Positions 40,621 through 48,648 of a stretch of 64,000 nucleotides of DNA are shown here, piece by piece. Source of the stretch: Alphaproteobacteria bacterium (GTDB taxonomy: Bacteria > Pseudomonadota > Alphaproteobacteria > MPNO01). The stretch covers positions 768,001 through 832,000 of the forward strand of contig CBDFLJ010000001.1 of the NCBI GenBank assembly GCA_965248835.1, read 5' to 3'. The notes under the pieces were generated by a model. That model did no database searches. It had not been told where the DNA came from and saw only the letters and a program-made list of their open reading frames with translations. Made by a program: the position numbers and the translations under genes. How positions within the stretch are numbered: the stretch's first letter is position 1; each line of letters opens with the position of its first letter.

Positions 40621-41199
40621 TCACTCGACGAGGTGGTGCTTGCCGATTCGGTGGACCGTCGATGCCTGCGGGCCGTGCGGACTCTCTCCCTCGGCGATCG
40701 CGACGCGGACTTCACTGCCGACCTCCAGCTTGTCGAACTCCTCGCCGACGACGGCGTTGCCGTGGAAATAGATTTCCTGGCCGTCCGACAGGGCGACGAA
40801 GCCGTACCCATCCTCGGGAAAAATGCGGATCACCCGGCCGTGCGGCGGCGCCTCGTGCCGCTTGATGCGCCCGGCGGCCCGCCGCCGCCGGTCCTTGATC
40901 CGCCGCTGCGCGGCGTTGAAGACGTCGCGGATCGCGACATGGACGTCCTCGTGCTGGTGTTTCGCGCCGGAGTGGTTGTTGACGATGATCTCGCCGCCGG
41001 GGAAGGTGGCATCGATCCGCACCTGGAAGAGATTGCCCTTGGTGTGACGCCGCTCCGGCGCCTCGATGACGACGCGGCAGCCGGTGATCCGGCCGTGAAA
41101 CTTCTGCAGCCGCGCGACGTGCTCGCGCACCCGCGCCTCCACCGCCTCGGAAGGGTCGAGGCCCTTGAAATTGATCTGGAGCGGAACTTCCATCGGCAC
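40621..41199 (-). CDS. HPF/RaiA ribosome-associated domain fused to cold-shock domain
   Basis: LQINFKGLDPSEAVE, AIRDVFNAAQRR, GYGFV..EIYFH, GPQASTV; AAGGAG RBS. Confidence 0.9.
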   Translation of the reverse strand: MPMEVPLQINFKGLDPSEAVEARVREHVARLQKFHGRITGCRVVIEAPERRHTKGNLFQVRIDATFPGGEIIVNNHSGAKHQHEDVHVAIRDVFNAAQRRIKDRRRRAAGRIKRHEAPPHGRVIRIFPEDGYGFVALSDGQEIYFHGNAVVGEEFDKLEVGSEVRVAIAEGESPHGPQASTVHRIGKHHLVE

Positions 41200-41308
41200 G
41201 GTCTCCTTGCTACGTCAGCGGCGCTCAAAGCGACCCGGCATGACGATCATAGCCGGCGCACGGCCGGGCAGACGATTGAAAAATGGAGGCCAAGGCGATG
41301 GCGGTTGT

Positions 41309-41455
41309 GAAAGTGTGGGGCCGGCGCTCTTCCTTGCCTGCGAGGACTCGCAATGGGTGATCGGCTCAGTGGTCTATTGCGCCGGCGGATACGTCACCGC
41401 TGCGGCAGCGGATGCCGAGCACCGCGCGACCGAGGTGCCCTACCGGAGCGCGTGA
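41309..41455 (+). pseudogene. C-terminal relic of an SDR oxidoreductase
   Basis: VGPALFLACEDSQWVIGSVVYCAGGY matches the SDR terminus (ALFLAS..S..VTG....DGG); no N-terminus present. Confidence 0.6.
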
Positions 41456-41847
41456 TCCCGGATCAGCCGCCAGCCAGGCGCGGCTTGACCTCGTCGCGCA
41501 GCAACCGGGTCTGGCCGGCGACGACGCAGGTCATGCCGGCGTCTCGGAACGCCGCAAGCTTGCGCGCGCAGTTTGGCGAAGCGTGCGGGATCGCCAGTGG
41601 TCGTGGCCCAGCCGTCGGCGAGCCTGCCGGCCTTCTCGCCGGGCGGCACGGTCGCGAGTGCCGCCAACGTGCTCAGACAGTCGCCGCGCGCGCGATCGAG
41701 CGTGGTCACGCTGTCGCCGAGCCACAGATAATCGAAGCCCGCCTCCTCTGCGGCGGCCGCCTGGTCCCACAGCGGCGTAAAATCGGCGCGGCCGTCCGCG
41801 CCGATCAGATGACGGGTGTGCATGAGCAGCCCGAACGCGACGCTCAT
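41440..41847 (-). pseudogene. internally deleted LLM-class flavin-dependent oxidoreductase
   Basis: AEEAGFDYLWLGDS..LAALA jumps directly to AGRLADGW; 135 aa versus about 300 aa typical. Confidence 0.75.
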
Positions 41848-41861
41848 GCCGACAGCCCGCT

Positions 41862-42695
41862 TCACCCAGCGACGGGCGGCGCGTTGCCCTGGATCTGGAT
41901 GCGGTAGCCCGAGCGCACATCGGGCAGATAGTCCGCGATCGCCCTGTGCTGCGCACAACGGTTGTCCCAGAAGGCAATCGAATGCGGCCTCCACCGAAAG
42001 CGGAACGTCCATTCTGGGCGGACGCAATGCTCGGTCAGGAAATTCACGATCGCCTCGCCCTCGGCCTTCGGCACGCCGTTGATCCGCATGGTGAAGCCGA
42101 GATTGACGTAGATCAGCTTGCGCCCGCTCTCGGGGTGGCGGACGATCACCGGATGCTCGGCATGTGGGGTGCCGGGGCCGAACAGCGGCACGCCGTCATG
42201 CAGCGCGGTCATCCCCTCGAGATAGGTCTTCATGCGCTCGGACAGGCCTTCATAGGCCCCGTACATGCTGGCGAACAGCGTATCTCCGCCGCCGTTGGGC
42301 GGAACGGTGTGGAGATAAAGGATGCTGCCGAGCGGCGGAATTTCGGCGCAGGACTGATCGGTGTGCCAGATATTGCCGGAGACCCGCGGCGTGTCCCCGT
42401 CGGCATGGAGCCGCCGGACCCGCAGGTCGCCGGTCAGCACGCTGTTGGTGTTGGCGCCGACATGGGTGTGGATCGGGCCGAAATACTCTGCCAGCCGGGC
42501 GTGGTCGTCGAAGCTGATCTCCTGGTCGCGGAAGAACACCACCAGATGTTCGGTGAACGCACGCCGCAGCTCCGCGATCTCGGGCGCGCTCAACGGGCGC
42601 TTCAGATCGATGTTGCCGATCTCCGCGCCGATATGCGGGCTGCACGGCGTGACCGTGATCGTGCGGTAGCCCCGATCGCTGCCCAACCCGTCCAT
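41862..42695 (-). CDS. TauD/TfdA family 2OG-Fe(II) dioxygenase
   Basis: IGAEI, VVFFRDQ, WHTD, GGDTLFAS, HPVIVRHPESGRK, FWDNRCAQH. Confidence 0.93.
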   Translation of the reverse strand: MDGLGSDRGYRTITVTPCSPHIGAEIGNIDLKRPLSAPEIAELRRAFTEHLVVFFRDQEISFDDHARLAEYFGPIHTHVGANTNSVLTGDLRVRRLHADGDTPRVSGNIWHTDQSCAEIPPLGSILYLHTVPPNGGGDTLFASMYGAYEGLSERMKTYLEGMTALHDGVPLFGPGTPHAEHPVIVRHPESGRKLIYVNLGFTMRINGVPKAEGEAIVNFLTEHCVRPEWTFRFRWRPHSIAFWDNRCAQHRAIADYLPDVRSGYRIQIQGNAPPVAG

Positions 42696-42827
42696 CGCTT
42701 GCTCCAGACCCGGGCTCCCGAAGGTGCCATGCGAGCCTCGTCAGGCTAGCACGACCGGGGTGCATCGGAAAGCGGCCTGGAAGCGCGTCCGCGCGATCCC
42801 CGCTAAGATGGCCCCGACGGGAAAGAC

Positions 42828-43724
42828 ATGACAATGTATGACAAGCGTCTCAGGTTTGGCCTGTTTCTGGTTGCGCTGTCCGCGCTCAGCTACGCGGCGA
42901 ACTCGACCTCCTCGGTGGTGGCCTATGGCGGCGGCGCGAGCCCGCTGTCGCTGGTGACCTTCCGCAACGCGTTCGCGGTGATCGCGCTCTATGCCTATCT
43001 CAGAGCGGTCGGCGTACCGATCACGATGGCTCCGCGCGATCGCACGGTCTCGTTGGCACTCGGGATCCTGCTGGCTGGCTATTCCTATTGCCTGGTCGAA
43101 GCGTTCGATCGCCTGCCGGTCGCACTCGCCGTGATCACCTTCTATCTCTACCCGATCTTCATCGGGGTGACCGCCTACGCCATCGGGCTGGATCGGCTGT
43201 CCTGGGCGCTCGGCAGCGGCCTGGTCGTCGCCTTTATCGGCCTCGCCTTCGCGCTCGGCGTCACCGGCGGCGGGCTGGACCCCGTGGGCATCGTGCTTGC
43301 CGCCACCGCCGCCGCGTCGTTCTCCGCGCTGGCCATCATCGCCGCGCCGATCATCGCCCGCTGCGGCGACCCGCGTCCGCTGGTGCTCTACACCCATGTG
43401 ACCGGCACGGTCATCATGATCGCGGCCACGCTGGTCGTTTGGGAGTATCCGCTGCCGACGACGGCCCGGTCGGTGGTCGCGTTCTTCATCGTCCCGCTGT
43501 TCTACACCGTCGCCTCGGTCGCCTTCTTCGCCGCGATGGCGATCATCGGAACCGTGCGGACCGGCCTGGTGATGAACCTCGAGCCCTTGGCCGCGATCGT
43601 GCTGGGCTTCGCAGTCCTGGACCAGGTGCTGAGCCCGGTCCAACTGTTCGGCGCCGCCCTGGTGATCGTTGCGGTCAGCGCGGTGAAATGGGAAAGCGGA
43701 CGACGCGCGCAAACCGCCGCATGA
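42828..43724 (+). CDS. DMT/EamA family transporter
   Basis: About 10 TM segments, FYLYPIF, MNLEPL. Confidence 0.9.
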   Translation: MTMYDKRLRFGLFLVALSALSYAANSTSSVVAYGGGASPLSLVTFRNAFAVIALYAYLRAVGVPITMAPRDRTVSLALGILLAGYSYCLVEAFDRLPVALAVITFYLYPIFIGVTAYAIGLDRLSWALGSGLVVAFIGLAFALGVTGGGLDPVGIVLAATAAASFSALAIIAAPIIARCGDPRPLVLYTHVTGTVIMIAATLVVWEYPLPTTARSVVAFFIVPLFYTVASVAFFAAMAIIGTVRTGLVMNLEPLAAIVLGFAVLDQVLSPVQLFGAALVIVAVSAVKWESGRRAQTAA

Positions 43725-43882
43725 GCGGGCCGGCACCCGACCGGCGGTTCGAAGCGCGATCGGCGGTGCCGGGAATTTAGGGACCGGATGACGAAGAGAC
43801 CGAGCTCCGACGCCGTGAACGTTTGCCGGGACGACTGGCGCGCGGCGAGGGACGTTCGACGTGGCGGGCGAGGAGCGGGACG

Positions 43883-43945
43883 GGCAAGTCCTTCGACACC
43901 TTCGCGCCGATCGGTCCGTGTATCGTGACGGCGGACCTTATCGAC
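43883..43945 (+). pseudogene. relic of a fumarylacetoacetate hydrolase family gene
   Basis: GKSFDTFAPIGPCIVTADLI is the FAH signature; flanks are not homologous. Confidence 0.7.
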
Positions 43946-43992
43946 GGGACCGTCCGGGTCCGGATAGGATGCCGGGCAGGTGGAGGCAGGCG

Positions 43993-44225
43993 ATGGCAGG
44001 CAAACAAGCGATTCACCTTGTAGGGAGCATGCCGCTCGATAGTGCGGAGGATGTCTTCCGCACGGTCTGCGGCGCGACCGGCGGCAATGTGCGGCGGGTT
44101 CCCGACGGCGAGACGGGAATGCGCATCAACTGGATCCGGTGCATTCAGGACATGTTGACGGCGCATCCGGATTTCGAGGTCGACCCCGAGACCCCGCCCC
44201 TGCAGTGGCGGCAATGGGACGGTAC
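43993..44225 (+). pseudogene. truncated N-terminus of a MetE-like TIM-barrel protein
   Basis: GGAGG RBS; IHLVGSMPLDSAEDVFR..RRVPDGETGMRINWI, then degenerates. Confidence 0.6.
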
Positions 44226-44430
44226 CGCGATCGCCGTCAAGCGCGGCAGCCATCCGGACGCGGCGCGCGCCGGGGGTTGTGGTCGCTTCGCCGGTGCGCT
44301 ACCGTTCTACTGCTACGAGCCGGTTTCTGATAGGTCGCCGAGCGTTAGCGTTAGTTCTCAAAGTATAGAAAACGGCTTGTGTCAAATAGAAGCCTGCAAA
44401 AATTAAGTAGAGAAGGATTAGGAGGGAAAT

Positions 44431-45669
44431 ATGGCTAAGACTGTATTCCGGGCAGAAATGGACAAATGGCCCGAGGACCAAGCAGTAAAAACTCACAACC
44501 GCTGGCATCCCGATGTTCCCGTAGTTGAGAACTTCAAGCCCGGCGACGAGTTTCGCGTCGAATGCTATGATTGGACCGGAGGACAGATCAAAAACGACGA
44601 GTCCGCCAACGACATCCGGGATGTCGACCTTTCGAAAGTTCATTATCTGAGCGGGCCGTTCAGTGTCGAGGGCGCCGAGCCCGGTGACCTTCTGGTCGTC
44701 GACATCAACGACATCGGCTGGCTCGAAGACTCGCAGTGGGGCTTCACCGGCATCTTCGCGCTGGAGAACGGCGGCGGCTTCCTCGACAAGCACTTCCCCG
44801 AAGCGCGCAAGGCCTGCTGGGACTTTCACGGCATCTACACGAGCTCCCGCCACATTCCAGGTGTACGCTTCCCGGGGCTGATTCATCCCGGGCTGATCGG
44901 CACACTGCCTTCCGCCGATCTGTTGAAGACGTGGAATGATCGGGAATCGGCCCTGTTCAGGACCGATCCGGATCGTGTGCCACCGCTGTGCACCCTGCCG
45001 GACGGCCTTGCCGGCACGACGACGGCGCTGATGGGGCAGATGAAGGGCGGTGCGGCGCACGCCGCGGGTCAGGAGGCTGCGCGGACGGTTCCCGGACGCG
45101 AGCACGGCGGCAACTGCGACATCAAGAACCTGTCGCGCGGTTCGACTTGCTACTTCCCGGTCTATGTGCCGGGCGGCGGGCTCTCGATGGGCGATATCCA
45201 CTGGTCGCAGGGGGACGGTGAGATCACCTTCTGCGGTGCCATCGAGATGGCCGGATGGATCGATATCGGTGTCGATGTCATCAAGGGCGGTATCGAGAAG
45301 TACGGGATCACCAACCCGGTCTTCAAGCCGAGCCCGGTCGAGCCGCATTATTCGGATTATCTGATCTTCGAAGGGGTCTGCGTCGATGAGCATGACGGGT
45401 CCCAGAAGTATCTGGATGCGACGGTGGCGTACCGGCGGGCCTGCCTGAACGCGGTCGCATACCTCAAGAAGTTCGGCTATTCCGGCGAGCAGGCTTACAT
45501 GATACTCGGCACGGCTCCGGTCGAGGGTCGGGTCAGCGGCATCGTCGACATTCCGAATGCATGTTGCACGGTTGCCATTCCGACCGAGATCTTCGATTTC
45601 GATATCCGGCCGAATGCCTCCGGACCGACCATCGAGGTGAGCGGCGCGGACGCGGCATCCTGCAGCTGA
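44431..45669 (+). CDS. fmdA: formamidase (FmdA/AmdS acetamidase-formamidase family)
   Basis: HNRWHPD, ECYDWTGGQIKN, PGREHGGNCDIKNL, SQGDGEITFCGAIEM, VDIPNAC; AGGAGG RBS. Confidence 0.95.
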   Translation: MAKTVFRAEMDKWPEDQAVKTHNRWHPDVPVVENFKPGDEFRVECYDWTGGQIKNDESANDIRDVDLSKVHYLSGPFSVEGAEPGDLLVVDINDIGWLEDSQWGFTGIFALENGGGFLDKHFPEARKACWDFHGIYTSSRHIPGVRFPGLIHPGLIGTLPSADLLKTWNDRESALFRTDPDRVPPLCTLPDGLAGTTTALMGQMKGGAAHAAGQEAARTVPGREHGGNCDIKNLSRGSTCYFPVYVPGGGLSMGDIHWSQGDGEITFCGAIEMAGWIDIGVDVIKGGIEKYGITNPVFKPSPVEPHYSDYLIFEGVCVDEHDGSQKYLDATVAYRRACLNAVAYLKKFGYSGEQAYMILGTAPVEGRVSGIVDIPNACCTVAIPTEIFDFDIRPNASGPTIEVSGADAASCS

Positions 45670-45678
45670 TTGGTGCGC

Positions 45679-45713
45679 GGCGGAGACGGGGCGGCATTCG
45701 CCTCGCCTCCGCC
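45679..45713 (+). terminator. GC-rich hairpin after fmdA
   Basis: GGCGGAG..GGGGCG/CGCCTC..CTCCGCC. Confidence 0.4.
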
Positions 45714-45830
45714 TCTCCATCCCTTCCGCGGATGACGGCCAGCGAGCGTTTGTCCGGTGCATCAACCAGTCGGGCGTTTGTTCCTGAACCGGTCACACCG
45801 CGGACCATTTGACACGCGGAGGTCTTGATC

Positions 45831-46346
45831 ATGCTTTTGGGACTTGCACTGATGTATGTCGGATCCGTTCTGTTCCTGAACGGCATCTGGCTGATGGGCC
45901 GTATCGGTGACCGAGAGATCGCGATCATCAATTTCTTTGTCGGCGGTCTCACGGCGCTCGTGGCGGCGTATTTGGCCTTCGGGCCGGGTGCCGATGCGGG
46001 GTCGATCAAAGCGGCGGCGCTGACGCTCCTGTTCTCCTTCACATACCTGTGGATAGCTTACAACAGGTTCCACGATGTCGATGGCCGCGGTCTCGGCTGG
46101 TACAGCCTTTTCGTTGCCGTCACGGTCGTCCCGGTGGCTTTGCTCACGTTGGTCGAAGCAACGACGCTGTGGGGGTACTGGTTCGGTCTGTGCTGGGCGG
46201 CATGGGCGGTATTGTGGTTCATGTTCTTCCTGCTGCTCGCGATGCAGAAACCGATCGCCAAGGTGACCGGTGCGGTGACCACGATACAGGGCATCCTGAC
46301 AGGCTGGTTGCCGGGTTATCTGTTGCTGGAAGGCGTCCTCGCGTAA
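45831..46346 (+). CDS. AmiS/UreI family amide channel
   Basis: LMYVGSVLFLNG, LLFSFTYLW, GLGWYSLFVA, WAAWAVLWF. Confidence 0.93.
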   Translation: MLLGLALMYVGSVLFLNGIWLMGRIGDREIAIINFFVGGLTALVAAYLAFGPGADAGSIKAAALTLLFSFTYLWIAYNRFHDVDGRGLGWYSLFVAVTVVPVALLTLVEATTLWGYWFGLCWAAWAVLWFMFFLLLAMQKPIAKVTGAVTTIQGILTGWLPGYLLLEGVLA

Positions 46347-46351
46347 TCGGG

Positions 46352-46387
46352 CGGTGCCGTCCGCCCCTCCGGGGACGGACGGCACCG
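46352..46387 (+). other. strong intercistronic hairpin between amiS-like and fmdB-like genes
   Basis: CGGTGCCGTCCG-CCCC..GGGG-A-CGGACGGCACCG. Confidence 0.65.
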
Positions 46388-46424
46388 GACCGCTGCGTGA
46401 GCGGCGGCGAGGAGGGAGAGCACG

Positions 46425-46715
46425 ATGCCGATATATGGATACGACTGCAAAGCGTGCGGCCCGTTTACCGAAATGCAGAGTATGAGCCGTTCATCGGAAC
46501 CGATGCCCTGCCCGGATTGCGGGAAACCGGCCCGACGCAGCATCAGCGCGCCGTTCATCGCCAACATGGACCCGAAAAATCGGATCGCACATCAGCGAAA
46601 CGAGAAGAGTGCGAATGAACCTAAAGTGATGTCCGGAAAACCGCCTGGCCACGACCACAAGCACGGTCGGCATCACGCGCACAAACACGGGCGTCCGTGG
46701 TCGCTCGGGCACTGA
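46425..46715 (+). CDS. fmdB: FmdB family zinc-ribbon protein
   Basis: MPIYGYDCKACG..CPDCG, NEKSANEP, His-rich tail ending RPWSLGH. Confidence 0.9.
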   Translation: MPIYGYDCKACGPFTEMQSMSRSSEPMPCPDCGKPARRSISAPFIANMDPKNRIAHQRNEKSANEPKVMSGKPPGHDHKHGRHHAHKHGRPWSLGH

Positions 46716-46917
46716 CTCTCGATCGAGATCCGGCGCGGCCCGGCTTCTGCCCGACGCGTCGATGACCAATGTGCCCGAGCCAGGTGAGGAATCTCAGTTT
46801 TGAATGGGAATCCCACTGCTTGCTGATACCGTGCCGGACGGCAGGACGTTGATCGGGATCGATGTCCTGCGCCGAGTTCGGCGCCACGGCATCAACAAGT
46901 GCGGAACCGACTAGGAC

Positions 46918-47316
46918 ATGACCTATTTGTGGGTTGCAATCGGCAGCGCGATCGGCGGCGTCGGGCGCTATTGGTGCAACGGACTGGTTTCGGAGCGGTT
47001 TGGCGAGACCTTCCCGTGGGGCACGATCCTGGTCAACGTGGCGGGGTCGTTCATCATCGGCATCGTGGCGGCGCTCGGCGCGTCTTTCGACCGGCCGGGG
47101 TTCCCCGGGCCCGAGGTCCGCGCCTTCCTCATGGTCGGTTTCTGCGGCGGCTACACCACCTTCTCGGCTTTCAGCCTGCAGACCCTCGTCCTGCTGCGCG
47201 AAGGCGCGTGGGCGCACGCGCTCGGCAACATCGTGCTGTCGGTCGCGCTGTGCCTGATCGCCGTCTGGCTCGGCTACCTCGCCGGTGTCGGTCTTAACCA
47301 GGACCACCCTGTTTGA
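46918..47316 (+). CDS. crcB: fluoride efflux channel
   Basis: GSAIGGVGRY, FPWGTILVN..GSF, GFCGGYTTFSAFS. Confidence 0.94.
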   Translation: MTYLWVAIGSAIGGVGRYWCNGLVSERFGETFPWGTILVNVAGSFIIGIVAALGASFDRPGFPGPEVRAFLMVGFCGGYTTFSAFSLQTLVLLREGAWAHALGNIVLSVALCLIAVWLGYLAGVGLNQDHPV

Positions 47317-47342
47317 GCTTGAGGGTCTCGGTGGCCGTGCGC

Positions 47343-47723
47343 ATGTCCAGCTTCACCCGCCCGCCGATACGATCACGCATCGCGTTCTTTCTCGGCTCGC
47401 TGCTCTGGCTGCCGGTGGGCATCGCAGTCTTGGGCTTGGTCCGGGGCCTGGAACTGCCGGAGAATCCGGGGGATTGGCCGGCGATGGCCCGGTCGCTGAT
47501 CGTGACCGTGCCCTGCGGCCTGCCGCTGGCTTTGGCTTGCCGGCAGCTGTGGCGGCAGGGCTATCGGCGTGCCGCGTGGGCGGCGATGGCAGTGCTGGGA
47601 CCCGTGACGGTCGCGGCGGCCCTGTTCGCCGGGCTGCTCGGGCCGGCGGCGATCGCGCTCTACGCAGTCGCGTTGAGCCTTCCCGCCTGGATCGCGGCCG
47701 GTGTTCTGCGGCGCCGGCGGTGA
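47343..47723 (+). CDS. hypothetical membrane protein (about 4 TM)
   Basis: Alternating hydrophobic segments, RRRR C-terminus. Confidence 0.6.
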   Translation: MSSFTRPPIRSRIAFFLGSLLWLPVGIAVLGLVRGLELPENPGDWPAMARSLIVTVPCGLPLALACRQLWRQGYRRAAWAAMAVLGPVTVAAALFAGLLGPAAIALYAVALSLPAWIAAGVLRRRR

Positions 47724-47789
47724 TCATCCCCGTGGAGGCCGCACAGGCCCAGATGTCGGTGAGCGCCCGCGTTCCCCGCCGCGCCGGTT

Positions 47790-48488
47790 TCAGCTGTTCT
47801 CGTAGGCCTTCGCTTTCGGCGTGGCTCCGAGCCGCCGTGCCGCGGCCTTCCACAGCGGTCCATGGCCGGCCTCGGGGCCGGCGAGCGCGTGCGCGATCTC
47901 GTGCAGCACCGTGTCGCGGATCTGCGCCGTGCTGCCGTCCAGCGCATGGGCGCGGCTGATCCGGATCACCCGGTCACGGAAACCGCAGTCGCCGAGCCGT
48001 CGGCCGCTCTCGACCAAGGCAAGCGTCCAGTCGGCAAGCCCATGCTCGTCCATCAGCCCCCGGGCCATCGTCACGACGGCGTTCAGCCGCGCCGCGCCGT
48101 TCCTCACGGCCTCCACTTCCTCTGCCCGGAGCAGGGCGTAGGAGACCGTCCAGCAGGCCTCTCCACAGCGCACCCGGGCCGTCTTCGGGTTGAGCTTGAC
48201 GATCTCTCCGCTGATCGTCCCGCCAGGACCAGCGAACCTCACCTTGTCGCCGATACGGTAGGCCGCCCGCGCTTCGTCCTGCGGTGTCACCATCGTGGCG
48301 CGGCGCGGCGCGGCGGTTTCTTGCAACGCCGCCTCGGGGACGTTCCAGACGCGGCCGTCCGCATCGATCACCTTGGCGAAGCGGCGGCGCCCCTGGCGTC
48401 GAAGCAGATGCCCTTCGATCGCCGCGCCCCGGTAGGGGAACCGGACGGCGGTGCCGATGGACAAAGGTCCGCCGCGTTGCTCCGGCAT
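47790..48488 (-). CDS. SprT-like zinc metalloprotease with two small N-terminal beta domains
   Basis: RRLGDC, IRIS, VLHEIAHAL, GHGPLWK; GGAGA RBS. Confidence 0.85.
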   Translation of the reverse strand: MPEQRGGPLSIGTAVRFPYRGAAIEGHLLRRQGRRRFAKVIDADGRVWNVPEAALQETAAPRRATMVTPQDEARAAYRIGDKVRFAGPGGTISGEIVKLNPKTARVRCGEACWTVSYALLRAEEVEAVRNGAARLNAVVTMARGLMDEHGLADWTLALVESGRRLGDCGFRDRVIRISRAHALDGSTAQIRDTVLHEIAHALAGPEAGHGPLWKAAARRLGATPKAKAYENS

Positions 48489-48648
48489 CCGATATTCTCC
48501 TCGGCGCCACCCTACACCGCAGGCGCGCCGACCGGCCGCCGCAGCCAACATAGCGGCAACGGCCGGAGCCCTGAAGCTTTCGGAACAGGCTTGCCCTGCC
48601 GGGCGGTACGGGCATTCTTGTCAGGCAATCGGGGCGAAGGGACGCCAA

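Noticed and set aside
44330-44430. ANTAR-type or sigma54 control of fmdA
   Set aside because: AT-rich, but no GG-N10-GC box or twin-hairpin ANTAR motif that I can support
46716-46917. Canonical fluoride riboswitch upstream of crcB
   Set aside because: GATGG.GTTC..CC / GCT.ATGAC consensus not found; only a generic hairpin (reported as a finding)
40483-48600. Intact prophage or integrative element at tRNA-Arg
   Set aside because: No integrase, phage or conjugation genes, and no att duplication seen in the window
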